A stretch of 64,000 nt of DNA from an uncultured Chloroflexia bacterium (GCA_963720755.1 CAVRGP010000011.1:544001-608000), one strand, 5' to 3'. Positions 40,179 through 50,563 are shown, counted from the first letter of the stretch. Notes: generated by a model from the letters alone, not told the origin. Numbers and translations: made by a program.

Positions 40179-41362
40179 GCGCCGCCCGGCGGTTCGCGAC
40201 GGTGGGCCTTGGCGCTGCGGCCGGGATCGCGACCGCCATGACCGCACGGGCCGGCGGCCGGGCGATGGTCCGGCGGACGGAGGCGCGCCTGTGTGAGACG
40301 ACCAATCGGCCCCCGTACCCGGCGTCGGACGAAGCCGTCGCCCTGCACCGCGACCTATGGGTCGCCGACCTCCACGCCGATTCGCTGCTGTGGGGCCGCG
40401 ACCTGCTCCAGCGCTCCAGCCACGGCCAGGTCGATGTCCCGCGTCTGATCGACGGCAATGTCGCCCTCCAGGTCCTGGCGGCGACGACGAAATCGCCACG
40501 CCACCTCAACATCGAGCGGAACGACGACCGAACGGACGACGTCATCCTGCTCGCGATCGCCCAGGGCTGGCCGCCGGCCACCTGGCGCCGGCTGCTGCCG
40601 AGGGCGCTCCACCTGGCCACTCGCGCCGACGCGTTCGCGGCCCGGTCGGACGGGCGCCTCACGATCATCCGCTCACGGGCCGACCTCGCCGCGTACGAAG
40701 CGGCTCGTTCGGCGCGACCGGACATCACGGCCGGGCTGCTCGCGATCGAGGGCGCCCACGCGCTCGACGGCGACCCGTCGAACGTCGAGGTGGTCGCGGA
40801 TGCGGGGTTCCGGATGATGTCGCCTAGCCACTTCTTCGACACAGCGTTCGGCGGCTCCGCCCACGGCCTGGTCAAGGGAGGTCTGACCGCGGCCGGTGCG
40901 GAGATGGTCCGGCGGATGGAGGCGCGCGGGATGCTGGTCGATGTCGCCCACGCCTCGGCGATGACGATCGATGACATCCTGCAGATGGCCGCCCGGCCTG
41001 TCGTCGCATCGCACACAGGCGTACGGGGCATCGCCGATAACGCCCGCAACCTGACCGACGACCAGGTCCGCGGCATCGCCGAGACCGGCGGCGTGATCGG
41101 GATCGGGTTCTGGCCGACCGCGTCGGGCGGCGACGACGCGGCGTCGATCGCGCGTTCGATCCGGTACACCGTCGATCTCGCCGGCGTCGACCACGTCGGG
41201 CTCGGCTCCGACTTCGACGGCGCGGTCCCGGTGCCGTTCGATGCGACCGGTCTCGCCCAGGTCACCGAAGCCCTTCTGGCAGCCGGGTTCGATCGGGACT
41301 CGATCGCCAGGATCATGGGCGGCAACGTCCGGCGGCTGCTGATGGAGGCGTTGCCGGCCTGA
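40175..41362 (+). CDS. Membrane dipeptidase family (M19)
   Basis: DLHAD, IEGAH, VDVAH, ASHTG, RNL.D, HVGLGSDFDG, IMGGN. Confidence 0.93.
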   Translation: MSAARRFATVGLGAAAGIATAMTARAGGRAMVRRTEARLCETTNRPPYPASDEAVALHRDLWVADLHADSLLWGRDLLQRSSHGQVDVPRLIDGNVALQVLAATTKSPRHLNIERNDDRTDDVILLAIAQGWPPATWRRLLPRALHLATRADAFAARSDGRLTIIRSRADLAAYEAARSARPDITAGLLAIEGAHALDGDPSNVEVVADAGFRMMSPSHFFDTAFGGSAHGLVKGGLTAAGAEMVRRMEARGMLVDVAHASAMTIDDILQMAARPVVASHTGVRGIADNARNLTDDQVRGIAETGGVIGIGFWPTASGGDDAASIARSIRYTVDLAGVDHVGLGSDFDGAVPVPFDATGLAQVTEALLAAGFDRDSIARIMGGNVRRLLMEALPA

Positions 41363-41390
41363 ATGGTCGGCGGCCACCCCGGCGGGCCTC

Positions 41391-41399
41391 TGCTAGCAT
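41391..41399 (+). promoter_or_regulatory. Extended -10 box upstream of glyQS
   Basis: TGcTAGCAT in the 65-nt gap before glyQS. Confidence 0.55.
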
Positions 41400-41427
41400 C
41401 GATACCCAGCCCCGCCGCAGACCGTCC

Positions 41428-42876
41428 ATGCCACGGTCGGTCGCCCACCCGGAGTCCCCTGTGACCGAAACCCGAACCGTCGATCCGGACGATATCGCGC
41501 CCGCCGTCGAGGACCTCGACACGATCGTGTCGCTCTCGAAGCGACGCGGCTTCATCTTCCCGTCCAGCGAGATCTATGGCGGGATCAACGCCGTCTGGGA
41601 CTACGGACCCCTCGGTGTCGAACTCAAGAACAACGTCAAGCGAGCCTGGTGGCGGTCGATGGTCCAGGAACGCGACGATATCGTCGGACTCGATGCCGGG
41701 ATCCTGATGCACCCGCAGGTCTGGCTGACGTCCGGACACGTCGGATCGTTCAGCGACCCGCTCGTCGAGTGCCAGACCGACCACCGTCGGTTTCGGCTCG
41801 ACGAGTTGCCCGGCGCGGAGGCTCTGACCGCGACCGAACTGCAGGACCCGACCATCGTCGAGCGGCTCGGCCTGCGCTGCCCGGTCGACGGTGGGCCGCT
41901 GTCCGCACCGCGCCGGTTCAACCTGATGTTCAAGACGTTCATGGGGCCGGTCGAGGAGGACGCCTCGGTCATCTATCTCCGTCCGGAGACGGCGCAGGGC
42001 AGCTACGTCAACTTCAAGAACGTCCAGCAATCGTCGCGCAAGAAGCTGCCGTTCGGGATCGCCCAGATCGGCAAGTCGTTCCGCAACGAGATCAGTCCCG
42101 GCAATTTCGTCTTTCGGATGCGCGAGTTCGAGCAGATGGAGATGCAGTACTTCGTGCGCCCGGAAGCCGAAGCCGCCGCTGCGTTCGATGCGTGGCTGCC
42201 GAAACGGCTGGGCTGGTACGAACGCTACGGCGTGACGCCCGCCCGCCTGCGCCTGCGCGAGCACGCCCCCGACGAGCTCGCTCACTACGCCAAGAAGGCG
42301 ATCGATGTCGAATACCGGTTCCCGTTCGGGTGGAAGGAGCTGGAAGGCGTCCACAACCGGGGCGACTTCGACCTGTCGCGTCACTCGGAGGCGTCCGGTG
42401 AGAAGCTCGAGTACTTCGACCAGGCGACCGATGAGCATGTCATCCCCTGGATCGTCGAGACGGCCGCCGGAGCGGACCGCGCCGCGTTCACGTTCCTGAT
42501 CGACGCCTATCGCGAGGAGGAGGTCCGAGGCGAGAAACGGGTGTCGCTGGCGCTCCACCCCGACCTGGCTCCGTACAAGGTGGCGGTCCTGCCGCTGCTC
42601 AAGAAGCGGCCCGAGATCGTCGAGCTCTGCCACCGGATCAAGGCGGATCTGCAACGCCACACGATGGCGGTCTACGACGATACGGCGGCGATCGGCAAGC
42701 TCTATCGCCGGCAGGATGAGATCGGCACACCCTGGTGCATCACGGTCGACGTGGACTCGCTGGAGGACCGCGCCGTCACCGTCCGCGACCGCGACTCGAT
42801 GACCCAGGAGCGAGTCCCTGTCGAGGGGGTCACTCGGCTCATCCAGGATCGGCTGGAGGCCGCTCGGGTCGAGTAG
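41428..42876 (+). CDS. glyQS: Glycine-tRNA ligase, homodimeric alpha2 type
   Basis: KRRGF, YDYGPLG-like WDYGPLG, LRPETAQG, FRNEI, REFEQME, anticodon domain YRRQDEIGTP; start may be GTG 41461. Confidence 0.97.
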   Translation: MPRSVAHPESPVTETRTVDPDDIAPAVEDLDTIVSLSKRRGFIFPSSEIYGGINAVWDYGPLGVELKNNVKRAWWRSMVQERDDIVGLDAGILMHPQVWLTSGHVGSFSDPLVECQTDHRRFRLDELPGAEALTATELQDPTIVERLGLRCPVDGGPLSAPRRFNLMFKTFMGPVEEDASVIYLRPETAQGSYVNFKNVQQSSRKKLPFGIAQIGKSFRNEISPGNFVFRMREFEQMEMQYFVRPEAEAAAAFDAWLPKRLGWYERYGVTPARLRLREHAPDELAHYAKKAIDVEYRFPFGWKELEGVHNRGDFDLSRHSEASGEKLEYFDQATDEHVIPWIVETAAGADRAAFTFLIDAYREEEVRGEKRVSLALHPDLAPYKVAVLPLLKKRPEIVELCHRIKADLQRHTMAVYDDTAAIGKLYRRQDEIGTPWCITVDVDSLEDRAVTVRDRDSMTQERVPVEGVTRLIQDRLEAARVE

Positions 42877-42897
42877 GCGCCGCTGGATCGCCCGCGC

Positions 42898-44373
42898 TCA
42901 GGCCCCGGTCGGTGCGGCTTCGCTCTCGGCTGCCGCGGGCTCCCCGAACCCGAGGTAGGTGTTGATCGCCGCTGCCGACCGCTTCCCGTCGCCCATGGCC
43001 AGGATCACGGTGGCCGCGCCGCGGACGATGTCGCCTCCGGCAAAGACGCCGTCCATGCTCGTCATCCCGGTCTCGTCGGTCTCGATGTAGCCGTATTCGC
43101 TGACCCGCAAGTCCGGCGCGGTCGACGTCAGGAGCGGGTTGGAACGGGTCCCGATCGCGACCACGACCATCTCGCACGGGATCTCGAATTCGGACCCGGG
43201 GATGACCACCGGCCGGGCTCGTCCTGACGCATCGGGCTCACCGAGCTCCATGCGCACGCAGCGAAGGGCGCGGACCCAGCCATCGTCGTCGCCCAGGACC
43301 TCGATCGGAGCGACCTGCAGGTCGAACCGGATCCCCTCGGCTTCGGCATGGTGGACCTCTTCGGCCCGGGCCGGGAGTTCATCGCGACCGCGCCGATAGA
43401 CGATCACCGCTTCGTCGGCTCCAAGGCGTCGGGCCGTCCGGACGGAGTCCATCGCGACGTTCCCGCCGCCGACGACCGCGACTCGCTGGCCATGGAGGAC
43501 CGGCGTCTCCGAATCGGGGTTCCAGGCGCCCATCAGGTTCACCCTGGTCAGGTACTCGTTGGCCGAGTAGACGCCCTTGAGGTTCTCGCCGGGAACGTCC
43601 ATGAACACCGGGAGCCCCGCCCCGACCGCGAGGAAGACCGCATCGAAGCGGTCCCGAAGTTCGGGCAGGGTATAGGTCTTGCCGATGATCGAATTCGGCA
43701 CGATCTTGACGCCGTCGGATACCAGCCGGTCCACCTCGGCCTGGACGATGTCCTTGGGCAACCGGAATTCCGGGATCCCGTAGACGAGGACGCCGCCGGC
43801 GGCATGGAACGCCTCGAAGATCGTCACGTCGTGGCCGCGCTTGACCAATTCGCCGGCCGCAGTCAGGCCGGCCGGTCCCGAGCCGACGATCGCGATCGTC
43901 TTTCCGGTCGCTACAGGCTTGGCGTGGATCAGTTCCTCCGGGTGCGCCTGGGCCCAGTCGGCGACGAATCGCTCGAGATGGCCGATCGCCACGGAGTTGC
44001 CTTTCTTTGCCCGCAGGCAGACACCCTCACACTGGTTCTCCTGCGGGCAGACGCGGCCGGTCACGCAGGGGAGGGCGTTGTCGTCGAGGAGCGAATCCGC
44101 CGCTCCGGGCAGGTCGCCCTCACGCAGCAGCTTCAGGAACCGCGGGATATTGACGCTGACCGGGCAGCCGCCGACGCAATAGGGTTTCGGACACTGGAGG
44201 CATCGCTCGGCTTCGAGCATCGCGATCTGCTGGGTCAGCCCGAGATTGACCTCTCTGAAGTTGACCGCCCGGACCGTCGGATCCTGTTCCGGCATCGACA
44301 CCCGCTCGATCGCCATCCGCTCCTTGGCGGTGAGCAGGTGGATCGGCTCGACGGTGGGTTCCTCGTCGGTCAT
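42898..44373 (-). CDS. nfnB: NfnB/SudA-like large subunit (GltD/GltA family; 2 Fe-S + FAD, NADPH)
   Basis: RCLQC...C.GGCP, CPQENQCEGVC, GSGPAG, YGIPEFRLP, GGGNVAMD, YRR, GGDIVRGAATV; no GltB nearby, paired with an NfnA-like gene. Confidence 0.85.
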   Translation of the reverse strand: MTDEEPTVEPIHLLTAKERMAIERVSMPEQDPTVRAVNFREVNLGLTQQIAMLEAERCLQCPKPYCVGGCPVSVNIPRFLKLLREGDLPGAADSLLDDNALPCVTGRVCPQENQCEGVCLRAKKGNSVAIGHLERFVADWAQAHPEELIHAKPVATGKTIAIVGSGPAGLTAAGELVKRGHDVTIFEAFHAAGGVLVYGIPEFRLPKDIVQAEVDRLVSDGVKIVPNSIIGKTYTLPELRDRFDAVFLAVGAGLPVFMDVPGENLKGVYSANEYLTRVNLMGAWNPDSETPVLHGQRVAVVGGGNVAMDSVRTARRLGADEAVIVYRRGRDELPARAEEVHHAEAEGIRFDLQVAPIEVLGDDDGWVRALRCVRMELGEPDASGRARPVVIPGSEFEIPCEMVVVAIGTRSNPLLTSTAPDLRVSEYGYIETDETGMTSMDGVFAGGDIVRGAATVILAMGDGKRSAAAINTYLGFGEPAAAESEAAPTGA

Positions 44374-45272
44374 CGGGCGGCCGTTCCTGCGGTCGGGCCG
44401 GTCGGACCGGCACTGGCGCCCGTCGCACCGGCATGTTCGGCCAGGCCGGGGATCAGGCAGGCTTCGCGTCTGGCCAGCGTCTGCTGTTCGAACGCCTTAT
44501 AGGTCGTGAGCCGGTCGGCGAGGCTCTTGAAGTCGACGGTGTGGCCGTCGAATTCCGGGCCGTCGACGCAGGCGTACTTGGTCGCCCCGTCGATCGACAC
44601 GCGACACCCGCCGCACATCCCGGTCCCGTCGACCATGATCGCGTTGAGCGAGACGGTGGTCTGGATGCCGTACGGACGAGTCAGCTCCGACACGGCCCGC
44701 ATCATCGGGACCGGTCCGACCGCGAAGACCTCGTCGATCCCGCCCAGCTCACACAGATCCTTGAGCGCCTCGGTGACGAATCCGTGCCGACCGTAGCTGC
44801 CGTCGTCGGTACAGACGATGACGTCGCCGGCCGTGCGAAGCTCGTCTTCCAGGATCACCCACTCCTGCGAGCGTCCTCCGATGATGCTCGTCACCGCCAC
44901 GCCGCGCCGGTGGAGTTCCTGGGCGATGGGATAGACCACCGCCGTGCCCACGCCGCCGCCGACGCACACCGCGTGCCCGGTCTCGAGCAGGTCCGTCGCG
45001 CGGCCGAGGGGTCCAGCCACGTCCCGGATCGCGTCGCCTGGCTGGAGCGCGACCAGGCCCATCGTGCTGGCCCCGACCGACTGGATGATCAGGCTGATCG
45101 TGCCCTTGACCGGATCGGCATCGGCGATCGTCAGCGGGATCCGTTCGGCCCCTTCATCGAGTCGGACGATGACGAACTGTCCCGGACGACGGATCTCGGC
45201 GATCCGCGGTGCCTCGAGGACAAGGCGTGTGACGTTCGGCGAGAGTTGTTCGCGCTCGATGATCGGATGCAT
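44370..45272 (-). CDS. nfnA: NfnA/SudB-like small subunit (FAD/NAD + [2Fe-2S])
   Basis: PGQFVI, ERIPLTIAD, GPLG, GGGVG, DDGSYG, MVDGTGMCGGCRV...CVDGPEFD (Asp/Cys3 2Fe-2S). Confidence 0.88.
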   Translation of the reverse strand: MHPIIEREQLSPNVTRLVLEAPRIAEIRRPGQFVIVRLDEGAERIPLTIADADPVKGTISLIIQSVGASTMGLVALQPGDAIRDVAGPLGRATDLLETGHAVCVGGGVGTAVVYPIAQELHRRGVAVTSIIGGRSQEWVILEDELRTAGDVIVCTDDGSYGRHGFVTEALKDLCELGGIDEVFAVGPVPMMRAVSELTRPYGIQTTVSLNAIMVDGTGMCGGCRVSIDGATKYACVDGPEFDGHTVDFKSLADRLTTYKAFEQQTLARREACLIPGLAEHAGATGASAGPTGPTAGTAAR

Positions 45273-45407
45273 TGACCGCCTGCGTTCGTGTTCGGCCCAT
45301 TGTGGCCCGTAATCCCGATGCTACGGTCCGGCGGTCGTTGCCCCATGCGTCAGGCGGCCCATTCCATGCGGGCCGAATGGCACGTGCCGCAGGAGGGAGC
45401 GGCCGGC

Positions 45408-46214
45408 TCAGCCGCGAAGGAGCGCCGCATCCTTGCCTTTCGGCCAGTACAGCTCCTTCTTGACGTGGAATTCGGGGAAGCCGAGGTCCATCAGGAGCGA
45501 TTCGCTGTTCAGGATCATGTCGGGATTACCGCAGATGTAGACGACCGTGCGGTCCGGCCGCAGGTGGAGGTCCTTGCACACGCTCGCGACGACCTGCTCG
45601 ACTCGCCCCGTCCGCCCGGTCCAGCCGACGTTGCGCGGGTCATCCGGACGGCTGATGGTCGGGACGTACGTGACCGGATACGTCCCGTCCCGCTGCCATG
45701 CTTCGAGCTCGTCCCGATAGCCGAGCTCGTCGACGTACGAACACCCGTGCAGGACGACCGTCTTGCGAGGGTGCCCTTCTGCGAGCGTCTCGCGGATCAT
45801 CGAGATGAACGGGGCGATGCCGGTCCCGGTCGAGATGAACAAGTGGGTTCGGGCGTCAGTCGGTTCGAGGAGGAACTTGCCCTTGGGTCCGATCATCCGC
45901 ATGGCATGGCCGACCGGCAGCCGCCACAGCAACGTCGTGAATCGGATGATGGGGACGAGGCGCACGTAGAACTCGTACCCGCCATCCGCTGACTCGCGCG
46001 GCGCGGACGCGACCGAATAGGGCCGCTGCCACAGCTTCCCGTCGGCAAAGACGCCGATCGTCATGTACTGACCAGGTTCGAACGCGATCGGCTCGCCATC
46101 GAGCTTCACCCAGAAGTAGGCCAGGTCGTCCGTGTGGTCGACCCGTCGCACCAGGGTGGCGTTGTACTGGGGCGCGCTCGCCTCGATGACGCGATCGTCG
46201 TTCGGCAGGCTCAT
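45408..46214 (-). CDS. fpr: Bacterial ferredoxin(flavodoxin)-NADP+ reductase
   Basis: FEPGQY, RPYS, GTGIAPF, YICGNPDMI, ELYW; start ATG 46214; -10 TACCAT at 46260-55. Confidence 0.85.
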   Translation of the reverse strand: MSLPNDDRVIEASAPQYNATLVRRVDHTDDLAYFWVKLDGEPIAFEPGQYMTIGVFADGKLWQRPYSVASAPRESADGGYEFYVRLVPIIRFTTLLWRLPVGHAMRMIGPKGKFLLEPTDARTHLFISTGTGIAPFISMIRETLAEGHPRKTVVLHGCSYVDELGYRDELEAWQRDGTYPVTYVPTISRPDDPRNVGWTGRTGRVEQVVASVCKDLHLRPDRTVVYICGNPDMILNSESLLMDLGFPEFHVKKELYWPKGKDAALLRG

Positions 46215-46320
46215 TCGGTCGGTCTCCGTCGGATCCGTGGGTTTCGTCCACCCGATGGTACCCGGGAGACCGACCGTGAGGGTTCTCAGGCGGCAACCGG
46301 AGTCCATCCGGCCGCGACGG

Positions 46321-46326
46321 TACAAT
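46321..46326 (+). promoter_or_regulatory. -10 box for ppdK (divergent from fpr)
   Basis: TACAAT in the fpr/ppdK intergenic region. Confidence 0.5.
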
Positions 46327-46396
46327 CGATGTGAACCATCAGCATCCAGCCCGCGGCCGCTCGAGAGCCGCCGCAAGCCCCGGAAGGATCCGCCCG

Positions 46397-49171
46397 ATGA
46401 CCTCGACCGCCTCGTCTCCAAGTGACCGCGCGCACGAAGCCGCCAAGCGCTACATCTACGCCTGGGGCGGGGGCAAGGCCGAGGGTGACTCGTCGATGCG
46501 TGACCTGCTGGGCGGGAAGGGCGCCGGCCTCGCCGAGATGACCAATGCCGGTTTGCCGGTTCCGCCAGGCTTCACCATCACGACCGAGGCCTGCAACGAC
46601 TATTTCTCGGCCGGCCAGCGGCTCCCCGATGGGCTCTGGGCGGACGTCCTCGAGGCGGTCCGCGAGGTCGAGACCCTGACCGGCAAGGGCTTCGGCCGCG
46701 CAGCGGATCCGCTCCTGGTCAGCGTGCGCTCCGGCGCCAAGTTCTCCATGCCCGGGATGATGGATACGGTCCTGAACCTGGGTTTGAACGAAGAGACGCT
46801 GCAGGGACTGGTCGCCCTGACCGGCAATGAGCGCTTCGGCTGGGATGCGTACCGGCGCTTCATCCAGATGTTCGGGCGGATCGTCATGGACGTGAAGGGC
46901 GAGCGTTTCGACCACGCGCTCGACGCCGCCAAGGCCGCCCACGGCGCTGCCCAGGACACAGAGCTGGATGCGGCAGCGCTCAAGGCGTTGACCGGCACCT
47001 TCAAGGACATCGTTCGCGAGGATACGGGTCGTGAATTCCCGAGCGATCCACTCGACCAGCTCGACCTCGCCATCAAGGCCGTCTTTGCCAGCTGGTTCGG
47101 CAAGCGGGCGACGGACTATCGAAACAACCAGAAGATCGCCCACGATCTCGGTACCGCGGTCAACGTCGTGACCATGGTCTTCGGCAACATGGGAGATGAC
47201 TCCGGGACGGGCGTCGCCTTCACCCGTGACCCGAACACCGGGGAGAAGGTCCTGTTCGGCGAGTACCTGACCAACGCCCAGGGCGAGGACGTCGTGGCCG
47301 GGATCCGGACCGCTCCGAAGATCAGCCAGATGGCGACCGAGATGCCCGCCGTCTACACCGAGTTCCTGCGGATCGGTGAACAGCTGGAACGACACTACCG
47401 TGACGTCCAGGATCTCGAATTCACGATCGAGCGCGGCAAGCTCTACATGCTCCAGACGCGCTCCGCCAAACGGACCGCCGCGGCCGCTGTGAAGATCGCC
47501 GCCGACCTCGTGGACGAGGGCCTGATCACTCGCGACGAGGCGCTCATGCGGATCGAGCCGGCGCACGTCGACCAGCTCCTGCGCGACCAGTTCGACCCCG
47601 CCGCACGCGCCTCCGCGGCACGGATCGCCAAGGGTCTGAACGCCTCTCCAGGGGCCGCCGTCGGACGGGCCGTCTTCGACGCCGACACCGCCGTGGAATG
47701 GGTCGAGCGGGGCGAGCGGGTGGTACTCGTCCGCGTGGAGACGTCACCGGACGACTTTCACGGGATGGCCGTGGCCCAGGGCATCCTGACCGCCCGTGGT
47801 GGCGCCACCAGTCACGCCGCCGTCGTTGCCCGCCAGATCGGCAAGCCGTGCGTGGCCGGGTGTCACGACCTGGCCGTCGATTACGGGACGAAGACCGCGA
47901 CCGCCGATGGCATCTCGTTCGCCGAGGGCGACTGGATCAGCGTCGACGGCAGCACTGGCGAGGTGTTCGTCGGGGCGTTGCCCACCGTCTCGGCCCGATT
48001 CGAGGACCAGCCCGAACTGCAGCGCATCCTGGATTGGGCCGATGAGGTCCGACGGATGGAGGTCTGGACGAACGCCGACAAGCCCGAAGAGGCGGCCATG
48101 GCGCGAAGTTACGGCGCCCAGGGGATCGGTCTGTGCCGGACCGAGCACATGTTCCGTGAAGGGGAGCGGCTGGAGATCGTCCGCGGGGCGATCCTGGTCG
48201 CCAACGTCGCGACTCGGGCCAAGGCCAGGCGAGCGACGGGGGCGGCCCTCGATGCCGACGAGGCCGATGCCGTCGCCACCTTCGACGCGGCGATGGCCAA
48301 GCTGGAGGTCCTCCAGCAGGGCGACTTCGAGGGGATCTTCCGGGCGATGGACGGGCTGCCGGTGGTGGTCCGCCTGATCGATCCGCCACTCCACGAGTTC
48401 CTGCCCAACCTCGAGGAACAACTGGTCAAGGTCACCCGGGCCGAAGCGACCGGCGGCGCGTCCGACGAGGACAAGGAGCTGCTCGCGACGATCCAGAGCA
48501 TGCACGAGCAGAACCCGATGCTCGGTCTGCGCGGCTGCCGGCTGGGCCTGATGATCCCCGATTTCGTCAAGGTCCAAACGCGGGCGATCCTCAATGCCCT
48601 GATCGCGGTCAAGGCATCCGGCGGCCACCCGAAGGCCAAGATCATGATCCCGCTGGTCGGGCACGTGAACGAATTGAAGGCGACGAAGGACTTGCTGGAG
48701 GCCGAGGCGAAGGCAGTCGAATCGGCGGCCGGCGTCGACGTCGAGTACGTCTTCGGGACGATGATCGAAGTCCCGCGCGGGGCCTTGACCGCTGACGAGA
48801 TCGCTCGTCATGCGGCGTTCTTCAGCTTCGGCACGAACGACCTGACCCAGATGACGTTCGGCTATAGCCGCGACGATGCAGAGGGTGGGTTCCTCCTCAA
48901 GTACGTCGAGGATGGGATCCTGCCGGTCAACCCGTTCCAGACCCTGGACGATGCGGTCGCCGGGCTGATGCGGACCGCCGTCGAGAAGGGCCGGTCGACC
49001 CGCCCCGATCTGGAACTGGGGATCTGCGGCGAGCATGGCGGTGACCCCGAGTCGATCCACAAGTGCGAACGGATCGGCCTGGACTATGTGTCGTGTTCGC
49101 CGTTCCGGGTCCCGGTCGCCAGACTCGCCGCTGCCCAGGCGGTACTCGCAGGCGTCGAACGCGATCGCTAG
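46397..49171 (+). CDS. ppdK: Pyruvate, phosphate dikinase
   Basis: LLGGKG, SVRSGA..SMPGMMDT, GGATSHAAVVAR (phospho-His), GLCRTEHMF, NPMLG.RG.R, SFGTNDLTQ, GICGEHGG. Confidence 0.98.
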   Translation: MTSTASSPSDRAHEAAKRYIYAWGGGKAEGDSSMRDLLGGKGAGLAEMTNAGLPVPPGFTITTEACNDYFSAGQRLPDGLWADVLEAVREVETLTGKGFGRAADPLLVSVRSGAKFSMPGMMDTVLNLGLNEETLQGLVALTGNERFGWDAYRRFIQMFGRIVMDVKGERFDHALDAAKAAHGAAQDTELDAAALKALTGTFKDIVREDTGREFPSDPLDQLDLAIKAVFASWFGKRATDYRNNQKIAHDLGTAVNVVTMVFGNMGDDSGTGVAFTRDPNTGEKVLFGEYLTNAQGEDVVAGIRTAPKISQMATEMPAVYTEFLRIGEQLERHYRDVQDLEFTIERGKLYMLQTRSAKRTAAAAVKIAADLVDEGLITRDEALMRIEPAHVDQLLRDQFDPAARASAARIAKGLNASPGAAVGRAVFDADTAVEWVERGERVVLVRVETSPDDFHGMAVAQGILTARGGATSHAAVVARQIGKPCVAGCHDLAVDYGTKTATADGISFAEGDWISVDGSTGEVFVGALPTVSARFEDQPELQRILDWADEVRRMEVWTNADKPEEAAMARSYGAQGIGLCRTEHMFREGERLEIVRGAILVANVATRAKARRATGAALDADEADAVATFDAAMAKLEVLQQGDFEGIFRAMDGLPVVVRLIDPPLHEFLPNLEEQLVKVTRAEATGGASDEDKELLATIQSMHEQNPMLGLRGCRLGLMIPDFVKVQTRAILNALIAVKASGGHPKAKIMIPLVGHVNELKATKDLLEAEAKAVESAAGVDVEYVFGTMIEVPRGALTADEIARHAAFFSFGTNDLTQMTFGYSRDDAEGGFLLKYVEDGILPVNPFQTLDDAVAGLMRTAVEKGRSTRPDLELGICGEHGGDPESIHKCERIGLDYVSCSPFRVPVARLAAAQAVLAGVERDR

Positions 49172-49198
49172 CTCTCGGTCAGGTCAGGCCCGCACTCG

Positions 49199-50449
49199 AT
49201 GACCGGTCGGGCGCGGAGCCTGTTCCTCGATACCACCCCGCTTCGGCGCGATCGAGACTACCGCTGGTTGTGGTCCGGTCAGGTCGTCAACGGGATCGGC
49301 AATCAGATCACCAGGATCGCTCTCCCGTATCAGGTCTACGTGCTGACGGGCTCGACCCTTGCCATCGCGGCGCTGACCTTGTTCCAGCTCGTGCCGATCC
49401 TCCTGTTCGCGCTCGGAGCCGGCTCGCTGGCGGACGTGATGGATCGGCGTCGCCTGCTGATGATCACCCAGACCGGGCTGGCGGCGTGCAGTCTGGTCCT
49501 CGCCCTGCTCGCAGCCGGCGGCGCCCCACCGGTCGGGGTGTTATTCGTGGTGGCATTCCTGGCCGCCGGTCTGGCGGCGGTCGATCAACCGGCGCGAGCG
49601 TCCGCCATCCCCCGGCTGGTCCCGGCGGTTCGGCTACCCTCGGCGATCGCGCTCAACCAGCTCAACTTCCAGATGGCCTCGATCGTCGGCCCCGCGATCG
49701 GCGGGCTGCTCATCGCGACAGTCGGGCTCGCCGGTGCGTACACCGTCGACCTGGTCAGCTTCATCGCGTCCTTCGTCGCCCTGCTGGCAATCCATCCGCT
49801 GCCGCCGATCGGGGCGGTGAGCCGGCCGGGTCTGGCGGCCATCCGGGAGGGGCTCCGATTCGCGCGCCAGCGCCGGGCGATCCTCGGATCGTTCGTGATC
49901 GATCTCAACGCGATGATCTTCGGCATGCCGACGTCGTTGTTCCCGGTGCTCGCGCTCGACGTGTTCGGGACGGGGGCGGCGGGGTTCGGATTGATGGCCG
50001 CGGCCCCGGCTGCCGGGGCGTTCCTCGGCGCGTTGCTGTCCGGCTGGGTCAAGTCAGTCGACAGGATCGGTCGGGCGATCCTCCTCGCCGTCGCCGCGTG
50101 GGGACTGGCGATCACCGCGTTCGGGCTGGTCACCGTGTCGTTTCCCTTGGCGCTCGTTTGCCTGGCGGTCGCCGGCGCGGCCGATGTGTTCTCGGCGGTG
50201 TTCCGCTCGACCCTCGTCCAGCTGGATACGCCCGACAACCTGCGCGGCCGGGTCTCCTCGATCCACACCCTGGTCGTGACCAGTGGTCCGCGCCTGGGCG
50301 ATATCGAAGCGGCGATCGTTGCGACCCTGACCAGCCCGCAGTTCGCGGTCGTGTCCGGCGGTCTCCTCTGCGTTGCCGGGGTCGCGGTCGTTGCCCGGCA
50401 GTTCCCGGAACTCGCCAACCACATGATCCGGCGGCCCGCGTCAACGTGA
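49199..50449 (+). CDS. MFS transporter (EntS/DHA3-like)
   Basis: About 12 hydrophobic segments, GSLADVMDRRR motif A, PDNLRGRV. Confidence 0.9.
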   Translation: MTGRARSLFLDTTPLRRDRDYRWLWSGQVVNGIGNQITRIALPYQVYVLTGSTLAIAALTLFQLVPILLFALGAGSLADVMDRRRLLMITQTGLAACSLVLALLAAGGAPPVGVLFVVAFLAAGLAAVDQPARASAIPRLVPAVRLPSAIALNQLNFQMASIVGPAIGGLLIATVGLAGAYTVDLVSFIASFVALLAIHPLPPIGAVSRPGLAAIREGLRFARQRRAILGSFVIDLNAMIFGMPTSLFPVLALDVFGTGAAGFGLMAAAPAAGAFLGALLSGWVKSVDRIGRAILLAVAAWGLAITAFGLVTVSFPLALVCLAVAGAADVFSAVFRSTLVQLDTPDNLRGRVSSIHTLVVTSGPRLGDIEAAIVATLTSPQFAVVSGGLLCVAGVAVVARQFPELANHMIRRPAST

Positions 50450-50563
50450 ACGACCGTTTCCGGACCGCACCAATTCCGGGCGCAGGGACTTGACCCGATC
50501 GGGTGGATGGCCAATGGTACGAAGGTCATCATCCCATCCGCGTATCTGGTCCGACCTCGCCCG

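Noticed and set aside
41363-41460. Possible T-box riboswitch before glyQS
   Set aside because: The region is too short, with no T-box consensus or terminator
39985-42660. 891-aa antisense ORF and many other long overlapping ORFs (e.g. 8378-10045, 18985-20721, 29262-30914, 51464-53152)
   Set aside because: These are shadows of real genes caused by high GC3 and stop-poor antisense frames; no motifs, and Arg/Pro/Ala-biased composition
42898-44373. Annotation as glutamate synthase small subunit (gltD)
   Set aside because: No gltB nearby; the overlapping NfnA-type partner fits Nfn/Sud better
46329-46350. Possible Rex operator near the ppdK/fpr promoters (ATGTGAACCATCAGCAT)
   Set aside because: Only one half resembles TTGTGAA-N4-TTCACAA; not palindromic enough
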